Of a stretch of 64,000 nt of DNA, positions 28,075 to 36,300 are shown piece by piece. Source of the stretch: Candidatus Omnitrophota bacterium. Lineage in GTDB: Bacteria; Omnitrophota; Omnitrophia; Omnitrophales; Aquincolibacteriaceae. The stretch is from contig JAKLFP010000005.1 in assembly GCA_022711115.1 (NCBI GenBank), forward strand, positions 8,572 to 72,571, in the 5' to 3' direction. The notes beneath the pieces were generated by a model that was not told the origin of the DNA, ran no database searches, and was given only the letters and a program-made list of their open reading frames with translations. Every line of letters begins with the position of its first letter. Position 1 is the first letter of the stretch. Made by a program: the position numbers and the translations under genes.

Positions 28075-29342
28075 AAATACTCCATGTCTGTGATTGGTAT
28101 CGGCCGTTTGGAGGTGCGGAAAGGCTTCTCTTGGGGACATTGGAACTTTTGGAGGCGGCAGGGCATCAAAATATCATAATCACTTCGGATCACCCCTCGC
28201 AGATGAGGACGGGTAAGCGTTTGGAATATTTCCTTCCCAATCTCGAAATCAATTTCGCGTTATTGCCCCGGTGGAGAATTTTTGCACGAAATATGAAACA
28301 GCTTCAAAAAAACATCGGAGCTATTATCCGGGAACACAGGCCGGATGTGATTCATATCCACAATCTGCAAAATCCTTATGTGATTCAAATCTTAACTCCA
28401 TTGGCTCCTACGGTGCGATCTGTTCATGATCCAAGGCTTTATTGTTTTACGAACTGGAGATTGCTTCCCAATAACGAAATTTGTCCTCATCCTCTGGGAA
28501 AGGCTTGCCTAAAAGAAAAATGCTTGTCGTGGAACTTTTTGAGGCTTTCGAACACTGAAAAATGGGCGCCGTTCAAGTTAATGCATTTGCGCGAAAACAA
28601 AAAAATCGATATGCTGATAGCGGAATCTCATGCCGTGGAAGCCTGTTTAAGGCAAAATGGATTCTCCGATCTCCAGATTGCTCTGCTTCCTAATTACACG
28701 GAGAAAAAAGGGGAATGGCGGCAGGTCGAAGCATTTAACCGGCGTTATCACGTTCCAGGACAACGCGTGGTTGTTTTTGTGGGCAGGGCTTCTTACGAAA
28801 AAGGAATAGAGCATTTGGTGGAAGCCATGGCGCTGATCCCTAGGCCGTGGAAGCTGGTCCTTGTGACGGGCGGGGAATATCTCGGCCGGGTGCGTGAAAA
28901 GATCGAGGCTTTGAATCTTGGCGATGCCGTAGAGATCCCCGGAGTTCATGATTATGAAACAACACGCACCTATTATGCCCGCTCCGATGTGGTGGTTGTT
29001 CCTTCTGTTTGGATGGAATCTTTTTGTCTGGTGGGGCTTGAGGCGATGGCAAACGGGAAACCCGTTGTTGCTTTTCGGGCAGGCGGTATTCCGGATTGGC
29101 TTCTAGACAATGAAACAGGCCTTTTGGCGCCTGTCAGGGATGTCAAAGCGCTCGCGGGGAAAATACAAACATTGCTTGATAATGAAAAACTTGCCCGTGA
29201 AATGGGCAGAAAAGGATATGAAAGAGCCGCAAAAGTTTTTTCGAAAGAACGATATCTTTCGGCTCTGGAAGGAATTTTTCAAAAAGCAATCCAGCTGAAA
29301 AACAAAAGCCATAAAGCAAACGTTACACAAAACCAAGCCTAA
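28071..29342 (+). CDS. glycosyltransferase family 1 (GT4-like), copy 2
   Basis: MKILHVCDWYRPFGGAE N-terminus and GT-B C-terminal motif EAMANGKPVVAFRAGGIPDW. ATGA overlap with the upstream radical SAM gene; the ORF-track start at 28005 was rejected as an upstream read-through. Confidence 0.75.
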   Translation: MKILHVCDWYRPFGGAERLLLGTLELLEAAGHQNIIITSDHPSQMRTGKRLEYFLPNLEINFALLPRWRIFARNMKQLQKNIGAIIREHRPDVIHIHNLQNPYVIQILTPLAPTVRSVHDPRLYCFTNWRLLPNNEICPHPLGKACLKEKCLSWNFLRLSNTEKWAPFKLMHLRENKKIDMLIAESHAVEACLRQNGFSDLQIALLPNYTEKKGEWRQVEAFNRRYHVPGQRVVVFVGRASYEKGIEHLVEAMALIPRPWKLVLVTGGEYLGRVREKIEALNLGDAVEIPGVHDYETTRTYYARSDVVVVPSVWMESFCLVGLEAMANGKPVVAFRAGGIPDWLLDNETGLLAPVRDVKALAGKIQTLLDNEKLAREMGRKGYERAAKVFSKERYLSALEGIFQKAIQLKNKSHKANVTQNQA

Positions 29343-29484
29343 AATTTTAACGTAGAAATAAAACCCTTTCTCGCGTTTTTAGGCGAAATTCACAATAACT
29401 TAAAGTGCGGTGTAGTGAAAAGCATAGAGGTTGATGAATATGACTGTCGATCTTGAACTCGAAGCTAAAGTGGAATAACCGATC

Positions 29485-30702
29485 ATGAAAATTGCTTTTT
29501 TCCACAATCTTCCGTCCGGCGGCGGTCTCAAAACGCTTTGTCAGAAAGCAAATTGTCTCAGGCAAAAAGGGCATGAGATTGTCGTTTATAGTTTTAGTTC
29601 CGCGGAGAAGGACTTCCCTCGCTTATGGGATCATGTCACGGATCATCAAGTCGTGATTCCGTTGGAGTTTAGGGGGGGCGGAAAATACCGTGCGTATCAG
29701 AAGGCTTCGGAAGAACTGGCGGGACGGATCAATCAGTCGGATGTGGATATGGTGCTTGTTGACAAGTGCCGGTTTTTGGGTTCGCCGACGATGATGCGGT
29801 ATTTGAAGAAACCGTTTATTTTTTACACGCAGGAGCCCTTACGGTACAAAGAACATGAACGTTTAGCGCCCCCTGATTTTTTAGCAAAGAATTTTATCCA
29901 TAAAAAAAAGCCAATACAGGCGGGCGGCAGAGGGTTCCGTTTGGGGCAGATCTTTGATCACTTGATGATCCGAAAAATCGATCGGCAAAATTTACGCAAA
30001 GCTGAAAATATTTGGACCAATTCCTGTTTTAGCCAGGCGTGGCTTCAGCGTGTCTATAATGTTCGTGCGGAAGTGGTTTATCAGGGGATCGATGTGGAAT
30101 GCTTCAAACCCGAACCCGGTCTTAAAAAAACAAACCGGGTTCTTTCAGTGGGACGGATTAGCCGGATCAAAGGCTATGATCTGCTTTTAGAAGCCATCAC
30201 AAAAATTCCTGTTGCCGTGAGACCGGGATGGGACATCGTTTGTGATGATGAAACTTCATCCTATTCGATGGGACTCCAGAAACAGGCTGAGGAAAACGGG
30301 GTTGACTTGCGTGTCTTCAGACGGATTCATGAAAAAGAGCTTTGCCGTTTATATCAGGAAAGCAAGGTTGTTCTTTGTGCTTCCCACCGGGAACCCTTTG
30401 GATTGGTCCCGCTGGAAGCGATGGCTTGCGGAACGCCGGTGATTGCAGTGGATGAGGGGGGGTATCGGGAAACGGTTGTTCATGGAAAAACAGGCCTTTT
30501 ATTGCCGCGGGATCCGGCGCTCTGGGTCCAACACATTCAAGAAATCTTTAAAGAACCTGAGATGAGGGAAAATTTTGGAACCGCGGGACGACAACGAGTA
30601 GAACGGCAGTGGACTTGGAAAAATTTTATAGATGCGATAGAATCCTGGGCACAAAGCCATTTAGAAAGAGGCGACAAAATTCATGGACCGCGTCCCACAT
30701 AA
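29485..30702 (+). CDS. glycosyltransferase family 1 (GT4)
   Basis: The EPFGLVPLEAMACGTPVIAVDEGGYRETV motif is the canonical GT4 E-x7-E nucleotide-sugar-binding block. Confidence 0.8.
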   Translation: MKIAFFHNLPSGGGLKTLCQKANCLRQKGHEIVVYSFSSAEKDFPRLWDHVTDHQVVIPLEFRGGGKYRAYQKASEELAGRINQSDVDMVLVDKCRFLGSPTMMRYLKKPFIFYTQEPLRYKEHERLAPPDFLAKNFIHKKKPIQAGGRGFRLGQIFDHLMIRKIDRQNLRKAENIWTNSCFSQAWLQRVYNVRAEVVYQGIDVECFKPEPGLKKTNRVLSVGRISRIKGYDLLLEAITKIPVAVRPGWDIVCDDETSSYSMGLQKQAEENGVDLRVFRRIHEKELCRLYQESKVVLCASHREPFGLVPLEAMACGTPVIAVDEGGYRETVVHGKTGLLLPRDPALWVQHIQEIFKEPEMRENFGTAGRQRVERQWTWKNFIDAIESWAQSHLERGDKIHGPRPT

Positions 30703-31687
30703 AACAGTCAAGTTGACCATTATCATTGTGAATTGCGATACTCCGGAATTGACGATGGACTGCATCTACTCTATTTATCAATTCAAGCCGTCATGCCCCT
30801 TTGAAGTCATCCTTGTCAACAATGGTACGAACGGAATCGAGGCAGAGCATCTGAAAGAATTTCCCGGGATTAAAATGATCAAGACCGGCAGCAACCTGGG
30901 ATTCAGCAGGGCCAATAATCTCGGGATTTATAATTCCTTGGGTGATTTTATCGTTCTCCTCAATAGCGATACCAAGTTGATCGATCGGAGTTTTGACGCC
31001 ATGCTGGACTATATGGAAGAAGCCAAAAACCGGCATGTCGGAGCACTGGGCCCCAGAGAAGTGGACGGTGAACAACGGTTTCGCCTTTCCTGTGGTTCTT
31101 TCCCGACTTTTTTTTCCGAATTGACCAGAAAAGTTTGGCACTACCGTCTTTCGATCAATGATTATAATTTGCGCGATTATCTTGATTCAAAGCACGCGAT
31201 CATGAAAGACGTGGACTGGGTATCCGGCTCCTGCCTGATGCTGCGCCGGTTGGCGCTTCATGAGGCCGGTTTGCTGGATGAAAGCTTTTTCTTGTATTTT
31301 GAGGACATTGATCTTTGCAGCCGTTTGTGGAAAAAAAAGTGGGAAGTTCACTATTTCCCGGAAACCAGCGTGATTCACTATGGGGGCGGCTCTGCCCGGA
31401 AAAACTTGATGCTGGCCATGACGGAATACCGCCGCAGTGAGATTTATTTTGTCAGGAAATATTATGGTTGGCTTGGGGAAATGGGGATTCGCTTTTTTCT
31501 GTTTTTAAAATACGGCTACTATTTTGCGAAACAGTATCCTGTTTTTCTGATCCGGAAATTCCTCAAAAAAAGGTTCCGGGAGGCTTACGTGGCCGCGCTG
31601 CTTTCAAAAAAAGTCGTCGAAATCACATGGGATGCTGTCAATGCCAATCCCATCGAGCCTCCTTTAAAGATGAAAGGCAAAAGCTGA
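30683..31687 (+). CDS. glycosyltransferase family 2
   Basis: LTIIIVNCDTPELT (GT-A N-terminus), the VLLNSDT DxD-like block and a GT2-typical length. 20-nt overlap with the upstream GT1. Confidence 0.75.
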   Translation: MDRVPHKTVKLTIIIVNCDTPELTMDCIYSIYQFKPSCPFEVILVNNGTNGIEAEHLKEFPGIKMIKTGSNLGFSRANNLGIYNSLGDFIVLLNSDTKLIDRSFDAMLDYMEEAKNRHVGALGPREVDGEQRFRLSCGSFPTFFSELTRKVWHYRLSINDYNLRDYLDSKHAIMKDVDWVSGSCLMLRRLALHEAGLLDESFFLYFEDIDLCSRLWKKKWEVHYFPETSVIHYGGGSARKNLMLAMTEYRRSEIYFVRKYYGWLGEMGIRFFLFLKYGYYFAKQYPVFLIRKFLKKRFREAYVAALLSKKVVEITWDAVNANPIEPPLKMKGKS

Positions 31688-31791
31688 CAAAGGGCAGGCG
31701 CATCCGGTGTTTGTTTTTGTCATCGATTGTTTTTTAAAAGAATAAGCTTCTCAACTTGCAATTTGTATACTTCCCAGTATAATGCATCCCC

Positions 31792-32601
31792 ATGTTACTT
31801 GATACCTTCACCCACTTACAAGACATGACAGACGATAAGTTTGTCTCTCCGCTCAAGAAGATGAACTCTTTGACAGAGTCCATGAAACTTTATTGTCTCG
31901 GCGTCAGTCCTGAAGACTGGTCTTTGGTAAGTAACATCGTTTATGAGAGCGGCGACATCATCGTTCCTTTTTTTGGGATCCATCCGTGTCATGTGAACCA
32001 CACCCCGCCCGGATGGGAAAATCAGCTTAAGAATATCTGTGTCAAGCACATCGAATCCGGGGTCGGGGAGATCGGGCTTGATAAAGCGACAAAGGCGACG
32101 GATTACGAAAAGCAGAAGGAGATTTTCAAAGCTCAGGTCAATCTCTCGGAGAAGCTTCTCAGGCCGATGGTGATCAGTTGTGTCCAGGCGTGGGACGATC
32201 TTTACTCGGTCTTGAGCGGCATCAACACTTATAGCTCCCGCTTTATGATCAAAGCCTATGACGGACCTTCGAGTATGCTGAAAAAACTGCTGGATCTCGG
32301 TGGTTTTATCTCGTTTTCCCACAGGCAGCTTGCCAGCGGGAAAGAGTTCATCAAGAATCTTTTGGCGGATGTGCCATTGGACCGGTTGCTGGTAGGGACG
32401 GATTATCCTTTTTCGGAGAACCGCAAAATCGAAGCCGTCACAAGCTACGACAAATATCTTGCCCGGCTCCGGGAAACTTATACCCTGGCAAGGCAGGGCC
32501 GAGATATTGAAGAGGCGGAATTTAAAAAGACCTTGTACGCCAACGGGGATTACTTTGTTACGGGGCATAAGAACCCCAAAGACAAAAAAAAGCTTCTCTG
32601 A
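31792..32601 (+). CDS. TatD-family metal-dependent hydrolase
   Basis: GEIGLD and LLVGTDYPF motifs of the TatD/amidohydrolase TIM-barrel fold. The antisense ORF 31816-32568 was rejected. Confidence 0.6.
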   Translation: MLLDTFTHLQDMTDDKFVSPLKKMNSLTESMKLYCLGVSPEDWSLVSNIVYESGDIIVPFFGIHPCHVNHTPPGWENQLKNICVKHIESGVGEIGLDKATKATDYEKQKEIFKAQVNLSEKLLRPMVISCVQAWDDLYSVLSGINTYSSRFMIKAYDGPSSMLKKLLDLGGFISFSHRQLASGKEFIKNLLADVPLDRLLVGTDYPFSENRKIEAVTSYDKYLARLRETYTLARQGRDIEEAEFKKTLYANGDYFVTGHKNPKDKKKLL

Positions 32602-33100
32602 AATTCCGCATCAAGCTTCTCAATATTCCACCTTCTGGTTGTTCCTTATTTGCAAATATTACTGAAACACAAAATTCAACTCACCTTCGACATCATCTTT
32701 TCGATTAGAACAAACGAATAACAAATTTTCGCATTTTCGTGTTCGAACTTTTATTTTTAAAATCATTGCCAAAGCATATCTTTTTTCAAAAATACATTCT
32801 GTTTCACTGATTTTGATCGATGTAAATACAACTCAATCCAATCCAATACCAGCCAAAAACCTGCCGAGTTTACTTATTCTCGAAAAAGAAATATGAAACG
32901 TTTTTGTTCAATCATTCTTTAAAAAAGAGAAATCTTAAAGTATTTTCAAGTAAGGCTAGTTCCTGCTATATTCTGCTAGAAAGAACTTTCTCGGATGTCC
33001 TGGTCTGTCCCGGTCTGTCCTATTGTAGTAATTTCATCGATTGTTTATACTTCCTCCGTATTGAAAAAATTCGAATTACTAACTGAGGGGGACTCATCAC

Positions 33101-34003
33101 ATGAAAAAACTAATCATCATTGGCTTTATAATGCTTTCGTTTGTACCGGCGGCCTTTGCCGTTACGGTTCTTCCTGATCCTTCGACGACATACGATGGAC
33201 TTCCGGTGGCCTTACCCTATGATCAGTTTTTTTCTTACTCAACGAAATTACTTACCCAATTCGGTTATTCAGGATTTACCAATGCGGCGGGCGTCGGAGG
33301 ACTCGATGTTGTGCTTCTTACGCAGGCCGGCGGTATCGACAATGATCCTGTAAACGGAAGTTTTGTTTTTGAGGATCCCCAACCTTCTGCTACCGGTGGC
33401 ACGGACACATTGTCAGGCACATGGGGCGCTGGCAATGAAGCTCACGGCCCTGTACTTGTCGATAATTTGGTCGGATATTTGCATAATCAATTTGGTCCCA
33501 CCAATAATATCCCGGTATTTACTTTTGATATAGTAGAGCCGGGCAACGGTGATCCATTTTCTGGAATCCCGATTCCTCCAAGTCCGATTGATTTACAAAT
33601 GGTAGCAAAATTTAGCGTTTATGATCCTGTCACTAAAACGGACAAAGCAATTTGGTCGCTTGACGGTATCAACAATGGCTCATGGGATCCCAATGATTTT
33701 ATTACTGTTCACGGAAAACTATCGTTTCAAGGACTGTCCGGCACTGTTTATACAGCAGACAATACAGGGTCGGGGAAGTACGATTTTCTTGTCTATGCTC
33801 CGACCATGGATCTTAGCCAGTATACAGGGAAGGGGTATGAATTTCATATTAACACCCAAATGAAACTTTTGGATGGAGGTGGGGAGGAATCTTTTATTTC
33901 GGGTGCTTTTACGACCGGTAGGACGGTCACTCCCGAACCTGCAACTGTTCTTCTCCTTGGGACAGGTCTGTTAGGGTTAGTGATCAGGCGCAGGCTTTTC
34001 TAA
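33101..34003 (+). CDS. PEP-CTERM sorting-domain secreted protein
   Basis: Signal peptide, then the C-terminal PEP-CTERM signature VTPEPATVLLLGTGLLGLVIRRRLF (PEP motif, TM helix, Arg cluster). The gene follows a roughly 500-nt AT-rich leader. Confidence 0.8.
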   Translation: MKKLIIIGFIMLSFVPAAFAVTVLPDPSTTYDGLPVALPYDQFFSYSTKLLTQFGYSGFTNAAGVGGLDVVLLTQAGGIDNDPVNGSFVFEDPQPSATGGTDTLSGTWGAGNEAHGPVLVDNLVGYLHNQFGPTNNIPVFTFDIVEPGNGDPFSGIPIPPSPIDLQMVAKFSVYDPVTKTDKAIWSLDGINNGSWDPNDFITVHGKLSFQGLSGTVYTADNTGSGKYDFLVYAPTMDLSQYTGKGYEFHINTQMKLLDGGGEESFISGAFTTGRTVTPEPATVLLLGTGLLGLVIRRRLF

Positions 34004-34247
34004 AACCGCTTAGTTTTTTCAGCGTTACAGTATCCTCATATCACTCGCCATACTCTTTCCTGACAGAGTGTTTCCTTTCGCGGGATTATTCCCTTCATAA
34101 AATATGTAAAGACACAGACCTTTGTCGAGATCCTTGCCTTAGACAGGAAGCTTCTTGTCGACAAATACTTCAGCGAGGGAAATTAAAACTTTTTCAAGAA
34201 TGGTAATAGCGCGCTTCTAAAAGGTAGCGACTGTGATTCAAAGAGGA

Positions 34248-35132
34248 TTAGCTGCTATTTTTGGAAAGAATGAACTGGATAAAGGCCTGAGCGGCGGAGC
34301 TCATTTCCGCATTCATTCTTGTTGCGATGGCCAGGGGATATTCCCAGGAGCTTTGCGGAACTGAGATTTTCTTGATTCGCTTTAATTCCACTTCTTTTTC
34401 AACCGCTATCTCTGGAACAATCGCAATACCCAGTCCGCTCTCAACAGCTTGTTTCATGCTTTCAACTTCATCAAAAACATGAACGATATTAGGGCGAATA
34501 CCCATTTCATTTAAGAGTTGATCGATGACCTTGCGTGCCGGCAGAGTTTTATCAGGGAAAATAGTCGGATTTTGAAAAAGCCTACTCAGACCCGATAAGG
34601 TGGAAGCATAGCGCGGGTATGTTGGGGGAGTGATGATAGCAAGTTTGTTTTTTTTGAATATTTGAAGCTTTATTTGAGGATGTTTTTGAGGAAAAGCCAC
34701 AAGCGCCAGGTCTGCTTTATCGCTTAAAATATGCTCATAAATATCAGGCATCTTGGCATAAGTAATGTTGATATGGATTTTGGGATATTCCTGCATAAAG
34801 GGGCCGGAATAAACGGGCAATTCATGTATTCCCACGGTGATGCTCGTGGCGATTTGGATCGGCCCGGCAATTTCAGCGGAGTCTTGCGCAAGCGATTTTC
34901 TAAGCCTCTCATAATCACGAAGAATAGCGATGCTTGTTTTATAAACCTTTTTTCCTGCTTCCGTAAGCTGGATGGAGCGCCTTGCCCGGTTGAGGAGGCG
35001 GTGGCCGAGATTTTCTTCCAGAGAACGTATATGATGACTGACGGCGGATTGGGTAATGTAGTTGATTGAGGCTGCTTTGGTAAAACTGCTCATTTTTACA
35101 AGGTCGCAAAAAATTTTCAAAGAATGTAACAT
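34248..35132 (-). CDS. LysR-family transcriptional regulator
   Basis: N-terminal wHTH (FTKAASINYITQSAVSHHIRSLEENLGHRLLNRARR) and a LysR substrate-binding domain. I chose the start at 35132 (MLHSLKIF) because a GAGGAA RBS lies 7 nt upstream; the ORF track extends to 35168. Confidence 0.85.
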   Translation of the reverse strand: MLHSLKIFCDLVKMSSFTKAASINYITQSAVSHHIRSLEENLGHRLLNRARRSIQLTEAGKKVYKTSIAILRDYERLRKSLAQDSAEIAGPIQIATSITVGIHELPVYSGPFMQEYPKIHINITYAKMPDIYEHILSDKADLALVAFPQKHPQIKLQIFKKNKLAIITPPTYPRYASTLSGLSRLFQNPTIFPDKTLPARKVIDQLLNEMGIRPNIVHVFDEVESMKQAVESGLGIAIVPEIAVEKEVELKRIKKISVPQSSWEYPLAIATRMNAEMSSAAQAFIQFILSKNSS

Positions 35133-35253
35133 GAGAAATTCCTCATATGAGTAATAAATATTATTCATTTACTTTATACATCGAACTGTGCCATAATGCA
35201 ACCCTTAAATGGGCAACTCAAAAGCTTTCTGCAGTTCTAACCAGGAGGAAATC

Positions 35254-36261
35254 ATGAAAAAAGTTTTGAGTTATTTTGTCGTCTTCTCCCTTCTTGTAGG
35301 TATCCCCCTATTAACCTCTTCTACGTTATCGTATGCCGCCGAAACAAATCAGAATAGCCAGTATGAAAATGACCTTGGAGGATTGGGTATCTGGAGCATG
35401 ACCGGAGGCGGGCATGCGGATCAGAGAGAAAATAAAGGTTACAAAGCCTTTCAGGACAATACACTGGTAACGTCAGCAGGGTTTGACAAGATCGTGACCC
35501 CGCATGTTCGTCTTGGGAGCTATTTCGGGTACGGGTATTCCAATAAAAATTACAAAGTGAATATGCCCGGGTATGGAAGTTACGGATTGAATGACGATGC
35601 GTTCAGTGTGGTAGGGACAGTGACTTACGATTCGATCAATCTTTGTGAATCCCGATCAAGGGGGAAGTATTCGCCCGAAGCGGTTCGGAATCAAGGCATT
35701 GACGGATGGTATGTTGATAGCGCTATGGGATTCACCCAGCATAACTATGATCTGCGTACGGAAAGGTTCAATGGCGCCCTTGCCCCCAATCTGGAGGTTG
35801 GAAAAGGTGATGATCACGGGCAGGAATATTTCGTCGGGTCAGAAGCAGGATACATCTACAATACGGGCAAGGAGAACACAATTCATATTACCCCCTTTAC
35901 GTCCTTGTCATATGATCATCTCTATAAAAATGTGCTGAAAGTCAAAGGTCTGGGCGTCAATGACTACAAGCTCAAAGAGGGGGGATCCAATAGTCTTGAG
36001 CAAGGCTTTGGCGTCAAACTCGCCAAGTCGCTTGTTTCCGAGAAAATGGGTACTTTCATCCCTTATGTTAAAGCCGAGTGGTTGATCGATTATATTCACG
36101 ATATCCAGAGCCAGAATAGACAGAGGAACACCGGAGTGTTTGGAGCCGGGATCATCTTTCTGAGCAAAGGGCACATGACCTGGTCGGCCAACTGGGATAT
36201 GGACATTCAGAACAGGAATTTTGGAAATGTCGGCTACGGAAAAATCCGGTATGATTTCTAA
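35254..36261 (+). CDS. outer-membrane beta-barrel protein (autotransporter beta-domain/OMP-like), divergent from the LysR gene
   Basis: Signal peptide (MKKVLSYFVVFSLLVGIPLL), alternating beta-strand pattern, and a C-terminal aromatic residue (IRYDF). Start taken at 35254 with an AGGAGG RBS. Confidence 0.55.
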   Translation: MKKVLSYFVVFSLLVGIPLLTSSTLSYAAETNQNSQYENDLGGLGIWSMTGGGHADQRENKGYKAFQDNTLVTSAGFDKIVTPHVRLGSYFGYGYSNKNYKVNMPGYGSYGLNDDAFSVVGTVTYDSINLCESRSRGKYSPEAVRNQGIDGWYVDSAMGFTQHNYDLRTERFNGALAPNLEVGKGDDHGQEYFVGSEAGYIYNTGKENTIHITPFTSLSYDHLYKNVLKVKGLGVNDYKLKEGGSNSLEQGFGVKLAKSLVSEKMGTFIPYVKAEWLIDYIHDIQSQNRQRNTGVFGAGIIFLSKGHMTWSANWDMDIQNRNFGNVGYGKIRYDF

Positions 36262-36300
36262 GCAAAGGTTTTTTTCAAAACAACAACAGGAGGTTTAACA

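Noticed and set aside
31816-32568. 250-aa minus-strand ORF
   Set aside because: It is antisense to the TatD-family gene, whose GEIGLD and TDYPF motifs identify the + strand as coding.
33040-33100. tRNA-like TTCGAATT motif upstream of the PEP-CTERM gene
   Set aside because: There is no acceptor-stem or anticodon-arm complementarity around it, and the region is simply AT-rich leader. I found no convincing tRNA anywhere in the window.
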